Shown here one piece after another: positions 35,944 to 46,558 of a DNA stretch of 64,000 nucleotides. The notes under the pieces are model-generated. The model was not told the origin of the DNA. It saw only the letters and a program-made list of their open reading frames with translations, and did not search any database. The stretch is from positions 32,001 to 96,000 of the IMG/VR virus record IMGVR_UViG_3300019776_000564, one strand, 5' to 3'. Each line of letters opens with the position of its first letter. The stretch's first letter is position 1. The position numbers and the translations under genes are program-made. Source of the stretch: a virus.

Positions 35944-38900
35944 ATGAGCGAAGAATTATCAACCATCGCCGGTGCTGGCGGTGGCGGTGGGTGTTTCAGA
36001 AAGGGCACTCAAGTACAGCTTGAGAATGGCAAAACTATTGCCATTGAGCTTCTCAAGGTTGGTGATGAGGTTCTTGCTTTCGACGAGCAGGGCAAGATTC
36101 ACGTATCTAAGGTAACGAAGGTTCACTTCCATGAGAAGCCAGAGCCTATCCTTCGCGTGAAGTTCTGGAAAGGTGAGACGCACATCACGCCAAACCATTG
36201 GGTTCTGAACCAATACGACGCCTTTGCGGAGATCAGTCGGCTCACATACCACGATGCTCTGGTTGACGGTATGGGTCATCTTAGACCAATCACACTTGCC
36301 GAGTACGTGGGTAATGAGCCTGTATGGAACCTTACCGTTGAGCCTCACCATACCTTTATTGCTGACGGCATCCGCGTTCACAACGGCGGTCATAGAGACA
36401 GATTTCCAACCGTAGCGGGCGCTGGTGGTGGCGGTGGCGGCAAAAGTGAAGGTCGCCAAGCAATCGAAGACCCGGATAGTCTTCAATCAAAGGCTCTTAT
36501 CAGCATTGTTGACGTTATCGGCGAAGGTGAGATTGGCGGTCTTGAGGATTCTGCAAAGAGCATTCTTCTCAACGGCACGCCATTGATGAACGCAAACGGA
36601 ACGATGAACTTCAAGAACGTTTCTTGGACGTTCCGTAACGGCACACAAAATCAGTTGCCGATGAAGAACTACGTGGATGCAGCTACGCCTAGATCCATTG
36701 GCGTTCAGGTTAAATACGGCGCACCGTCGGTATTCTCCGTTACGAACCCGGATGTTGATGAAGTTAACGTAGTAGTCACCATGCCATCCCTGTTTAAGCA
36801 GGACAAATCTACAGGCGACATTCACGGGACAAGCGTTCAGTATCAGTTTGCTGTAAAGGCTGATAACGGAGCATTCGTTAACTACGGCCCTCCCGTAACT
36901 GTTACCGGCAAAACATCCGGTAAGTATCAGCGCGCCACAAAAATCGTTCTGCCAAAACCAGCAGGTCGCTGGGATATCAGAATGACAAGGATTACGCCAG
37001 ACGCTCCCGATTCGTCTATCGCGAACGTCACTCACCTCGACAGCATTGTTGAGGTCGTAAAGTCTCGCCTCAATTACCCAAACACCGCTATCGTTGGCCT
37101 GACAATTGACTCGTCTCAGTTCTCTCAGGTTCCAACCAGATCGTACAAGATCAAAGGGATCAAGATTAAGGTTCCAAGCAACTACGATCCTGTTACTCGG
37201 GTGTACAGCGGTATCTGGGATGGCAGCTTTAAGAACGCCGTTTCCAGCAACCCGGCGTGGATCATGTATGACCTGCTAACGTCGAAACGCTACGGTCTTG
37301 GTGAATACATTTCCCAAAATCAGGTAAGCAAGGCTTCTCTGTACTCCATCGGCAGATACTGTGATGAGATGGTGCCTGGCGAAGACGGTGTTGATGAGCC
37401 TCGTTTTCAGATCAACACTCAGATCCAATCTCAGCAAGAGGCTTACAAGCTCCTTTCTGACATCAGCTCCGCATTCAGAGGTATGTCCTACTGGAGCGGC
37501 GGCGTAGTAGGTTTTACTCAGGACTGCCCTCAAGATCCTTCGATGGTCTTCAGCCCATCTAACGTCATCGATGGCCTTTTCAACTATGTTGGTGCATCCA
37601 GAAAGGATCGTCACAGTGTTGTGATGGTTACTTGGAATGATCCAAAACAGGACTATAAACAGGCTGTAGAGTACGTCGAAAGCCCAGAACTTATCTCTCA
37701 GCTTGGCGTTAGATCGGTCGAGACCGTTGCGTTTGGATGCACAAGCAGAACGCAAGCGCGAAGAGTCGGTCTTTGGATTCTTTACACCGAAAGGTACGAG
37801 TCCAGCGTCGTAAACTTCAGCGTCGGCCCAGAAGCATCCATGTTGATGCCGGGTGAAGTCGCTCAGATTAACGACCCAAGCAAAGCCGGTCGTAGAATGG
37901 CTGGCAGACTTGCTTCCTGCACCTTGAACTCTGCCACTTTGGATTCTGAGGTAGAGATCAAAGACGCGGAAGCGAATATCTCCATTCGTATGCCAGATGG
38001 CTCTTTTGAGGATAGAACTGTACTTGAAGGGCCGGGTAAATACACGTCGCTCACTTGGACTTCGCCGCTACCATCTGAGCCGGTTGCAAATGCGATCTTT
38101 ATCGTTTCTGAGGCAAACCTTAAACCGCTTTTGGTGAGAATCGTCAGCGTCGCTGAAAACTACGGCGAAGGTAAAGGCACTTACTCCATCACTGCGATTG
38201 AGCACAACCCCGGAAAGTATGCTGAGATCGAGCGTGACGCCCCTCACGAAATTCGGTACGTCTCTGATATGCAACTTGTGCCAGAGCCACCAACTGGACT
38301 TGTTACGGTTGATTCGATCTTCAAATCTGGCGCGTCAATCCTCTCAAGACTGTCTGTTTCGTGGGATAGCGACGACAAGTCCATTGCATCATGGACGGTT
38401 CGCATTCGCTCTCAAAATGATAGTAACTGGGAGGCGCGCGATAACATCACCATCCCATCGGTCGACTTCGACAATGTTACAGATGGTGAGAGCTACATCG
38501 TTGAGGTTTACAGCGTTAACCCTCTTGGTAACAGGTCTTCTACGCCGGCTGTTACCACTCATACAGTGCTTGGCAAAAAACTGCCTCCGTCTGACGTGAC
38601 TGGATTCGAGTCGCGAGCAGCCGGCAACCGTATGCTGTTTACCTGGGATAACGCAAAGGACGTTGACCTTAAAGAGTATGAGGTTCGCAGAGATGATATC
38701 GGCTGGGGAGACGAAGACCCTGCTGTTCTGGTATATCGAGGCGCCGCAAACTCCTTCTCCGTTGAAGAGACTGATGGCGCGGCAACAGACAGCACCCTGT
38801 ACATCAAGGCTGTGGATACAAGCGGAAACTTCTCTGAGAACGCCAGCTTGGTCAACGTCACGTTCGTTAGACCTACGACGCCAGTTATTCGTCTGAAAAT

Positions 38901-41900
38901 CTCCGATACATCCACTGTATCGGCAACAGCATCTCTTGAGTGGAACCCATCCACTTCTGACTTCGCCGTTTCTCAGTACGAAGTGACCGTGAGCAAGCCG
39001 GGTGTTGCGTCTGAGGTTTTCACTCAATCCAATACCTCTTTCCAGCTTGATATGGATTTTGTAGGTAGCGCGACGATTTCGGTTGTAGCAGTTGATGCTC
39101 ACGGCAAGAGATCCAATAGCGGTTTCAAGACTGTAGAGTCGTTAATGCCGGCCGCACCTACGTCCTTCCAGTTTCTGCCAGCAGAGGTGGGCACGCTGAA
39201 GCTCGTATGGGCTGAAGCGAACAGAACTACGCTAGCAGTAGCGGGCTATGAAGTTCGTGACGTAGACGCTAATTGGGGAGCTTTTGGGGCTATTCATAAG
39301 GGCTCTGTGCCCATGTGTACCCTCAACAACATCAGTGTTGGAGATAACACCTTCTATGTCAGATCTTTTGACACCGAAGGCAGATACTCCTCGTCGATGG
39401 TCGCCACCTACACCTACACAGGCCCTTCAATGGTTGGCGTGATTGGTCATTCGGTGAGTGACAGTGCCGTTACCTCAGCGAGCGTTCGTTTTAGCTGGTT
39501 TGAAGCAACCAGTCCATTTGGTGTGGATCGGTATGTCGCAACTCTGACAAAGCCGGATGTAATCGAGCCTGTTGTTTACACAACCAGATCCAATGAATGG
39601 GTAACGAACATTGACTGGATCGGTGATGCGACGATAGAAATTGCCGCTTACGACAATGCGGGAAATATCACTTCTGCGCCTATCACCAAGGTTGTATCTC
39701 GCGCTCGACCAAACCCAATTACAGCGGTCGACACGAACCTCGTTAGCTACGCGAACGGTAAGGTCACTCTTTCGTTTGAGTGGTCTGATGTTGGGCTTGA
39801 AACAACTCTGCCAATTGCAGGTTTTGAGATCAGAAAGACCGATTCTAATTTCGGTAAATCCGGTTTCGCTTACAGAGGTGCGAGCGCAGTAGCTCAGATC
39901 GCCGGCATCCCAACAAATGCTGACGTTAACTACTACGTCAGACCATACGATACTGAGGGAACGTACTCGGATACCTCGTTTAACATTTTCGTAGGTAGAA
40001 ACATTGGCCCTGAACCTGTTACCGACATCACTTCTGTGCCATACGGTCAACTGCTTCGCATCAAATGGAAAGCTCCATTGACTACTGGTGGTGAGGTTCG
40101 CTACGAGCTTCGCTGGAATGACGCTAACTGGGGCGTTGATGACGCTAACCGAATCTACTACGGGTCTAACCTGTATGCAGACGTTCGTCTTGCGAATCTT
40201 GGCTCAAACAAGGTTTACATTCGCGTTCTGGATCAGTTCTTCCAGTGGTCTGTGACTACTAACCATGAGTACATTTACAGCATTGCCGATCCGGTTGGAT
40301 TCACGTATCAGTTTGGTACAGCCACTTCACCTCAGATCATTCTGAAGTGGAACGCGGCCGCTCCAGCTTTTGGCTTGTCAGAGTACGTTCTGACTAGCGA
40401 CGTTGATTCGATCACCTTGAAGGCTACAACAAAGACTCTGCCTGCAACCTGGGACGGATCGAGAGCCTTTACGCTCAAGGTAAAAGACAACAATGGCAAT
40501 CTGTCCAACCCGGTAACTATTACTGCCGACATTGCGCCGCCTGTAAACTCTACCGTCATGCCGACGTACAAGTTGAGTGCGGTCAAAAACAACCTGGCTA
40601 CTATCGTTATCAACTGGACTGATGCCACAAAGGGCGCTTTACCTATCAAGGGTTATGAGGTAAGAGATACTGACAGCGGTTGGGGCACCGGTGGCGCTAT
40701 TTATGATGGTGTTCAATCTGCCTGCACGATCACAAACGTCCCTATGAACACCACCAGTACGTGGTATCTGAGAGCGTATGACGTATCGAAAAACTACGCC
40801 GCAACATCCTACGTAATTGAGAACGACGGACTCACACCGCCAAGTCAATTGACCGGGCTTTACGGTATTGCAGAGGGCACTGGGTATCGTCTCAATTGGG
40901 ATCAAGCTACAGACATCGATGTCGTTGAATATGAGGTTAGAACCTCTGACTCGAATTGGGGTCTTGCTGGTCAGGTTTATCGCGGTATTCAAGCTACGTG
41001 CTTGATCGCCAAGCCGCCAGTTGCGGGCACAACCTACTACCTTCGCGCTAAAGACGCCTATGGTCAGAGAAGTATTGCGACGACGCTGGTGTTCACTTAC
41101 CCAACTCCAGATCCGGTGAGTGATATTTTCTTCAACTTCGTTGATGCGGCAGGCACCATGTTGATTGACTGGCCGACTGCAACACCGGACTTCCGTCTGA
41201 AGAACTACAAGCTCAGCTATATGGAAGACGCGACGCTTAAGACTGTGACTACCGCTGCAAGCTCCGTTACCATCAAGCCAAACTGGTTTGGTGACAGAGA
41301 GTACAAGGTTGTCGTTGTCGATACATATGGAGTTGAGTCCAGTGCCACCGCAAGAACTGTAACGGTTGCAAAACCTGGATCAGTAACCTCGCCGGCAGCA
41401 AGTGTTGTATCCATCAAGGCCGGCAACCAGACAATCAAAATTGACTGGCCTGATGCTGCAAAAGGCTCTTTCAACATTGCTGGTTATGAGATCAGAACTG
41501 CGGATTCTGGGTGGGGAACTGCTGGCTATAAATACAAGGGCGCCGCTTCTCAAGCAACCTTGTCCAGCGTGAGCACTACTGCGGCAACAACTTGGTATCT
41601 CAAAGCGTATGACGGGTTGGGCAACTACAGCCAAACCGCAACCGCACTGACGTACAACCCTGTTCTGCCAAACGAAGTGACATCGGTTACAGTCAAGCGA
41701 GTAAAGGCTGTTCTTGAGATCTCCAGCGTAACTACCGTCAAGCCTGCTGACTTTAGCTGCGTTCAGTACCGAATCGCCAAAGTCATGCCGGGGTCTACTT
41801 CTGGCGATGATACTGGGATCGATGAGGGCGTAATCTCTACTGGTGATTTCTGGAACGACCCGGATTGCTTGATCTATAACGGAACGGAAACGTCAGATAA

Positions 41901-42045
41901 GATCAGGGTTAACATCAGCGACTTCCCTAAACCATTGTTCTCTAAGACAGGTATCACCTACCGAATCGCAGCGAGAGTGATGGACAAAGGAGGTAACTTT
42001 AGCCCTAACTCTGCGATGACCTCGATCGTAGTAGCCGCTCTGTAA
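35944..42045 (+). CDS. central tail fibre / tip protein J-like, with N-terminal Hint domain and FN3 repeats
   Basis: GEGEIGG, YPNTA, SNPAW, RYGLG J motifs; repeated YEVR...WG modules. Confidence 0.92.
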   Translation: MSEELSTIAGAGGGGGCFRKGTQVQLENGKTIAIELLKVGDEVLAFDEQGKIHVSKVTKVHFHEKPEPILRVKFWKGETHITPNHWVLNQYDAFAEISRLTYHDALVDGMGHLRPITLAEYVGNEPVWNLTVEPHHTFIADGIRVHNGGHRDRFPTVAGAGGGGGGKSEGRQAIEDPDSLQSKALISIVDVIGEGEIGGLEDSAKSILLNGTPLMNANGTMNFKNVSWTFRNGTQNQLPMKNYVDAATPRSIGVQVKYGAPSVFSVTNPDVDEVNVVVTMPSLFKQDKSTGDIHGTSVQYQFAVKADNGAFVNYGPPVTVTGKTSGKYQRATKIVLPKPAGRWDIRMTRITPDAPDSSIANVTHLDSIVEVVKSRLNYPNTAIVGLTIDSSQFSQVPTRSYKIKGIKIKVPSNYDPVTRVYSGIWDGSFKNAVSSNPAWIMYDLLTSKRYGLGEYISQNQVSKASLYSIGRYCDEMVPGEDGVDEPRFQINTQIQSQQEAYKLLSDISSAFRGMSYWSGGVVGFTQDCPQDPSMVFSPSNVIDGLFNYVGASRKDRHSVVMVTWNDPKQDYKQAVEYVESPELISQLGVRSVETVAFGCTSRTQARRVGLWILYTERYESSVVNFSVGPEASMLMPGEVAQINDPSKAGRRMAGRLASCTLNSATLDSEVEIKDAEANISIRMPDGSFEDRTVLEGPGKYTSLTWTSPLPSEPVANAIFIVSEANLKPLLVRIVSVAENYGEGKGTYSITAIEHNPGKYAEIERDAPHEIRYVSDMQLVPEPPTGLVTVDSIFKSGASILSRLSVSWDSDDKSIASWTVRIRSQNDSNWEARDNITIPSVDFDNVTDGESYIVEVYSVNPLGNRSSTPAVTTHTVLGKKLPPSDVTGFESRAAGNRMLFTWDNAKDVDLKEYEVRRDDIGWGDEDPAVLVYRGAANSFSVEETDGAATDSTLYIKAVDTSGNFSENASLVNVTFVRPTTPVIRLKISDTSTVSATASLEWNPSTSDFAVSQYEVTVSKPGVASEVFTQSNTSFQLDMDFVGSATISVVAVDAHGKRSNSGFKTVESLMPAAPTSFQFLPAEVGTLKLVWAEANRTTLAVAGYEVRDVDANWGAFGAIHKGSVPMCTLNNISVGDNTFYVRSFDTEGRYSSSMVATYTYTGPSMVGVIGHSVSDSAVTSASVRFSWFEATSPFGVDRYVATLTKPDVIEPVVYTTRSNEWVTNIDWIGDATIEIAAYDNAGNITSAPITKVVSRARPNPITAVDTNLVSYANGKVTLSFEWSDVGLETTLPIAGFEIRKTDSNFGKSGFAYRGASAVAQIAGIPTNADVNYYVRPYDTEGTYSDTSFNIFVGRNIGPEPVTDITSVPYGQLLRIKWKAPLTTGGEVRYELRWNDANWGVDDANRIYYGSNLYADVRLANLGSNKVYIRVLDQFFQWSVTTNHEYIYSIADPVGFTYQFGTATSPQIILKWNAAAPAFGLSEYVLTSDVDSITLKATTKTLPATWDGSRAFTLKVKDNNGNLSNPVTITADIAPPVNSTVMPTYKLSAVKNNLATIVINWTDATKGALPIKGYEVRDTDSGWGTGGAIYDGVQSACTITNVPMNTTSTWYLRAYDVSKNYAATSYVIENDGLTPPSQLTGLYGIAEGTGYRLNWDQATDIDVVEYEVRTSDSNWGLAGQVYRGIQATCLIAKPPVAGTTYYLRAKDAYGQRSIATTLVFTYPTPDPVSDIFFNFVDAAGTMLIDWPTATPDFRLKNYKLSYMEDATLKTVTTAASSVTIKPNWFGDREYKVVVVDTYGVESSATARTVTVAKPGSVTSPAASVVSIKAGNQTIKIDWPDAAKGSFNIAGYEIRTADSGWGTAGYKYKGAASQATLSSVSTTAATTWYLKAYDGLGNYSQTATALTYNPVLPNEVTSVTVKRVKAVLEISSVTTVKPADFSCVQYRIAKVMPGSTSGDDTGIDEGVISTGDFWNDPDCLIYNGTETSDKIRVNISDFPKPLFSKTGITYRIAARVMDKGGNFSPNSAMTSIVVAAL
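35992..36384 (+). other. Hint (mini-intein/BIL-like) domain
   Basis: C1 (CFRKGT), TPNH block B, VWNLTV..HTFIADGIRVHN blocks F/G; +1 residue is Gly. Confidence 0.88.
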
Positions 42046-42112
42046 AGTAATCAACCTATTCGCCTAACTCTGATACAGTTAGGCGAATAGTCTTTATTCA
42101 AAGGATTAAAAG

Positions 42113-44893
42113 ATGCCAGCTATTGCTACACCGAGTGTTAAGTCGATCATTCTTACAATCGACCGTCCGTATGAAGCAGACGGTATCACTCTGCGCGATG
42201 ACCTTATCGGGGTTAAAGTTTGGTACTCAACAGTCAGCGGGTTTACCCCTCTTGATGCGGGTGGGAACCAGATCGTTGCGCCGGCATATGATGGCCCAAG
42301 CCTTAACTGTGTGTTGGCCGGTCTTACAGCGGGCACCCAATATTACGTTCGCTATGCGCTCGTATCTGAAATCGATCCAACCTATATCAGTCTCTCTGAC
42401 CAGATCGCATGCACCCCATCATCTGAAGTGAGCGGTAAAGATGCTCTCGCTGTCATTCTTACGAATGACTCAAACAACGTCCCCGCAAGCAGCGCAGGCG
42501 TCGTTTCTTCTTACATTGGTACTGGCACTGATATTCTCGTATACGAAGGCTCTACTGCGCTCACAGCGTCTCTGAGTGGTGCTGCGGGAACATTCTCTAT
42601 CGGTACGCCTACTGTGTCGCCAGCGGCATCGATTACAGTAGGTGCAAGAACGTACAGCGGCGCAGCAGCCACTGTTGCAGCGCACTCTGCAATGTCGAAC
42701 TCGGTTGATGTTGTGACAATCACCTATCCGGTGGTTATCAAGACGCTTGCCGGTAGCACGGTGACGATCAACAAAACACAAACTGTTACCAAGTCAAAGG
42801 TTGGTGCCACTGGTACAAGCGGTGATAGCGCTATTACAAGCGTCCTGTCGAACGAGAACTTTTCGTTTCCAGCAACATCTGCTGGCGCCGTTTCCAGCTA
42901 CACAGGTTCTGGTACTGCGATCTACGTTTATGAGGGTGCAAACCAGCTTGCGTATGATGGTGTTGGCACAGCGAACGGCACCTGGAAGGTTGCTACTGCC
43001 GTAAGCAATATCGTGATCGGTACGCTTACTGACTCTGGAACATATCTAACGGTTGGCGACCACTCCGGTGTAGCAGCGGGTGTAGATACTTCGACCATCA
43101 CTTACACCATCACAGGTAAGTCTTCGGCCGGCGTAGCCTTCTCGCTTACAAAGGTGCAGACGTTCAGCAAAGCTAAAGCGGGTTCTGCTGGAGCACAGGG
43201 CGCTCAGGGGCCATCCGTAGTAATCACTGCCTCTGGTGCAAAGCCTCTCGTATTTAACGCAACAGATGGCGTTCTGGATGCAGGGCAGTCTTTCATTCTT
43301 TCGGCATCTACAAGCGGAATTACCTCCCCTACATATGTCTGGTCATTTGTAGGTCTTGAAGTAAACCCGACCGCATCCACAAATAGCGCGCAGAGCATCA
43401 GTGCTGCAAACTTTGGCAACTCAAAGTCAGCAACCATCACCTGTACGGTAAGCGGCGTTTATGTTGGTCAAGTGACCATCGCTCGTCTGGAAAAGAGCAC
43501 CGCTGCTGCTGGTGCAAATAACACCAGCATTGATGCTAACGGTGCAATTCAGGGCGTTTCTAGCGGTGCAGGGACGGGCGTAGCAAACACTAAAATCGCC
43601 CTAAGTAAAAATGGTGTGCTTAGCGGAGCAGGCGCATCTGAGCAAGTTAACCTTACCTACATTCCTGGCGCTCTTACTGCCGATCGTCTTATTACTGGTA
43701 CTCTTTCGGCAGATACTGAGATTGTGATTGGCGATAATGTGACTGGTATTAAGATCAGTGCGGTTGATCAGTCAATTGTTGTTAGAGGCGCAATCACATA
43801 CAAGATTTGCATTTTCCTTAAGGGCGACTTGACTCCAGCGGCATACAAGCCATCTTCGTTTGATGAAACGTCTTCATGGAATACAATGAGCGCCGCCGGA
43901 TGGACTGATTACCTCAGCCCTTCTCAAATTGTTAACGGCTACTTCTGGGTCGCTGTCGGTACAGTGACAAGAGCTGGCATGATCGACTGGTTAAATATTG
44001 GATTAAATAACGGTAACAACAAGTGCTATGTTGATCTTGCAACAGCAACAGCTAACTCGGCATATCACGCTCTTTTCCGCAACAACTCTTCGCCAACCGT
44101 TGCACCCGCGACAGGCTCTTTTGTAAACACCCCAGTTGCCCCTAGTGCTGGTCAATATCAGTGGATTAGGCTCGGCTCATACAGCCCAGGAGGTTATTCG
44201 TACAGCAACATAATGGCCTCAAACGAGAACGACAAGAGAGTTTCTTATAGCCCAATCAGAATTGGCAAAATCAACGATAACTCAGAATACGGCTACGGTA
44301 TTCAAGGCAAAGATTCTATTGGTAATCAAATCTTTAGATTGGATGACCAGGGTCTGTACCTTAAACCAAACCTGCCCTCTTCTCACGCACTAGGTATTAG
44401 CTCATTTTGGACAACGGTAACAGAAGGTAGCGAGTATCAGCTTTTTTACGGTGCCACGTCTGCATCCACTGGCATTACTACCAGCTACTATCAGTTATGC
44501 ACACTGAACGACGTAGATAGCTCGGGAGGTGCGGCAGGAATGGTCTTTCGTCTAGAGGTTATTGGCGAATTTGACAGAGTTACTAACTCCAGCGGTTATA
44601 GAACGACCCAGTACAATATGTTCAAAACTGCCGAGTTTGTAGTGAGGCCAAGAATTATAAGTGGCGTAACAACCTACTCGATAAACGAGGCGGCTGGGTC
44701 GTCGTACACGGATGGCGGTACTACGCTACCCATTACAAAAGCTGCAATTATTATCGATACAACTGGTAGCTTTACTGGCACACCGGGCGTACTTTTGAGA
44801 TTGCAGTCGGTCACACAATATGATTACTCCAACCCCACATATTCTGATTCCACAATCTGGAGATTCGCAGTGTGGAAATTCGAGGGGGCATAA
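42113..44893 (+). CDS. tail fibre / receptor-binding protein
   Basis: 926 aa Ser/Thr/Gly-rich, internal tandem repeat, after J. Confidence 0.75.
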   Translation: MPAIATPSVKSIILTIDRPYEADGITLRDDLIGVKVWYSTVSGFTPLDAGGNQIVAPAYDGPSLNCVLAGLTAGTQYYVRYALVSEIDPTYISLSDQIACTPSSEVSGKDALAVILTNDSNNVPASSAGVVSSYIGTGTDILVYEGSTALTASLSGAAGTFSIGTPTVSPAASITVGARTYSGAAATVAAHSAMSNSVDVVTITYPVVIKTLAGSTVTINKTQTVTKSKVGATGTSGDSAITSVLSNENFSFPATSAGAVSSYTGSGTAIYVYEGANQLAYDGVGTANGTWKVATAVSNIVIGTLTDSGTYLTVGDHSGVAAGVDTSTITYTITGKSSAGVAFSLTKVQTFSKAKAGSAGAQGAQGPSVVITASGAKPLVFNATDGVLDAGQSFILSASTSGITSPTYVWSFVGLEVNPTASTNSAQSISAANFGNSKSATITCTVSGVYVGQVTIARLEKSTAAAGANNTSIDANGAIQGVSSGAGTGVANTKIALSKNGVLSGAGASEQVNLTYIPGALTADRLITGTLSADTEIVIGDNVTGIKISAVDQSIVVRGAITYKICIFLKGDLTPAAYKPSSFDETSSWNTMSAAGWTDYLSPSQIVNGYFWVAVGTVTRAGMIDWLNIGLNNGNNKCYVDLATATANSAYHALFRNNSSPTVAPATGSFVNTPVAPSAGQYQWIRLGSYSPGGYSYSNIMASNENDKRVSYSPIRIGKINDNSEYGYGIQGKDSIGNQIFRLDDQGLYLKPNLPSSHALGISSFWTTVTEGSEYQLFYGATSASTGITTSYYQLCTLNDVDSSGGAAGMVFRLEVIGEFDRVTNSSGYRTTQYNMFKTAEFVVRPRIISGVTTYSINEAAGSSYTDGGTTLPITKAAIIIDTTGSFTGTPGVLLRLQSVTQYDYSNPTYSDSTIWRFAVWKFEGA

Positions 44894-44902
44894 GGGATTA
44901 AA

Positions 44903-45430
44903 ATGATGAAGCTATTTTTTAGAGGTAGACCTGAAGCTGAAAATTCAGAGGTTGTATTTTTAGTGGAAGAGTTTCTTCACAGCATTGGTATCGCAACTAT
45001 CAACTTCTCCGAGAACGGGAATACGAATGTTGCGGAGTTCGACTACCCTGATCATGAGCCATTCCCCTCTAGCGGTCTTGCGGCGCATGCAAACCTTCTC
45101 TCTGTGAATAGAGGTAGCTCTAGCTCTGTCTCGTTCACAAATGAGGGCTTTAATAGATCAGACTGTATGGGTGTTATTGATGCCTTGATCGAGCAGAAGA
45201 TCAAAGAGTATGGCTACGACAACATCGTTAGCGCCTGCTCCTACTGGAACAGCACTGTACCAAAATTCAACAGAGAGGGGAGAGCGTTTATCAAGTGGAG
45301 AGATATGATCTGGCTGAAGTGCTTTGAGATACTGGAGTCACTTGACAGCGGAATGTCGAACCTGAATATGGAAGAGGCGGTCGCAAGCCTCCCGGTATTT
45401 GAAGATATTCTGGCGAGTATCGATCAATGA
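44903..45430 (+). CDS. tail fibre-associated protein
   Basis: GYDNIVSACSY...EGRAFIKWRD motif typical of proteins next to tail fibres. Confidence 0.6.
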   Translation: MMKLFFRGRPEAENSEVVFLVEEFLHSIGIATINFSENGNTNVAEFDYPDHEPFPSSGLAAHANLLSVNRGSSSSVSFTNEGFNRSDCMGVIDALIEQKIKEYGYDNIVSACSYWNSTVPKFNREGRAFIKWRDMIWLKCFEILESLDSGMSNLNMEEAVASLPVFEDILASIDQ

Positions 45431-45666
45431 AGCAGACGCTGATTGCATTGGATCAAACGATAAACACTCTTGTATGGGCGGAAGGTGAAGGCTTCGGGAT
45501 GGCAGATGAAACCATCTCAGCGAGGGCTTGGCGTCTAAGAGAGAAGAAGAGATGGTCAACTGTAAGGAAAGTGGTGGATAAAATCTTCTTCTGGGAGAAG
45601 AACCACTGCCAGGAATCCTATGATTTTGAAAGAGATCGAAGGCAGTTACCAAAAGACTACCAATAG
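45427..45666 (+). CDS. phage hypothetical protein
   Basis: ALDQ..N, DETISARAWR, HC..SY motif. Confidence 0.7.
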   Translation: MKQTLIALDQTINTLVWAEGEGFGMADETISARAWRLREKKRWSTVRKVVDKIFFWEKNHCQESYDFERDRRQLPKDYQ

Positions 45667-45831
45667 ATAGATTAAAAGGCGACCTAATGGTCGCCTTTCT
45701 TGTATATGAGCCATATTTTTATGCGGCACATCGCCATCAATTGACTTGGCTGATAGACTATTAGCCAAATTTACTCATCTGTCTGGAATGAAACGTCGAA
45801 TGAAACTCAAATCATTTAGAGGTAAGGAATC

Positions 45832-46077
45832 TTGAGCGCATCAACCGACATCACGCTGGAGGGGGTAAGTTTGAAAATCGCCCCTCCAGCAGCAGTAAGT
45901 GGAGCTGTCCTAATGGGAATGACGCCGGCTCAGTGGATCACAACACTGACAATCATCTACCTTCTGATGTCAATCGGCCTGCTGATCCCTAAATACATGG
46001 ACAGGATTAAGCAGTTCTTCAACAAGGATAAGAACAACCGCAGTGATAAGGAGAGCAAGGAAGATGACTCCGACTAA
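45832..46077 (+). CDS. holin
   Basis: small TM protein with a charged C-tail overlapping the endolysin start. Confidence 0.7.
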   Translation: MSASTDITLEGVSLKIAPPAAVSGAVLMGMTPAQWITTLTIIYLLMSIGLLIPKYMDRIKQFFNKDKNNRSDKESKEDDSD

Positions 46078-46558
46078 AAAGATCATAGCTGCCGGCTTCG
46101 TGGGTGCAATTACTGCCGCGGCAGCATTCATTGCACCAGAAGAAGGCATCAGTCTGAAGGCGTATCAAGACTCCGTTAATGTATGGACTATCTGTAGAGG
46201 CCATACTGGCCCAGAAGTAAAGAAAGGAATGGTTCTTGATAAGGCTGCATGTGACGCTCTTTTCAAAACCGACATTTGGAAAGCAATGTCGGTTGTTCTC
46301 ACCAACACCAATCGAGAAATCCCTCAAGGTATGCTGGTCTCCATGACCAGCTTCACCTTTAACGTTGGTGAAGGTAAGTTCAAAAGCTCAACCATGCTGA
46401 AGAAAATCAACCGCGGTGATCTAGCTGGAGCCTGTAAAGAGCTTCCGCGATGGAAGTACGCAGGCGGCATGGACTGTTCAATTCGTGGCAATAACTGCTA
46501 CGGTGTATGGGAGCGCCGGCTTAGAGAGCAAACCCTTTGCGAGGACTCACTGTTATGA
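46064..46558 (+). CDS. SAR endolysin (GH24 muramidase)
   Basis: weakly hydrophobic Ala/Gly N-terminus; E-x8-D-x5-T triad (EGISLKAYQDSVNVWT); FNVG. Confidence 0.88.
   Translation: MTPTKKIIAAGFVGAITAAAAFIAPEEGISLKAYQDSVNVWTICRGHTGPEVKKGMVLDKAACDALFKTDIWKAMSVVLTNTNREIPQGMLVSMTSFTFNVGEGKFKSSTMLKKINRGDLAGACKELPRWKYAGGMDCSIRGNNCYGVWERRLREQTLCEDSLL

Noticed and set aside
35992-36384. canonical splicing intein with homing endonuclease
   Set aside because: Only 131 aa, no LAGLIDADG/HNH motif, and the +1 residue is Gly.
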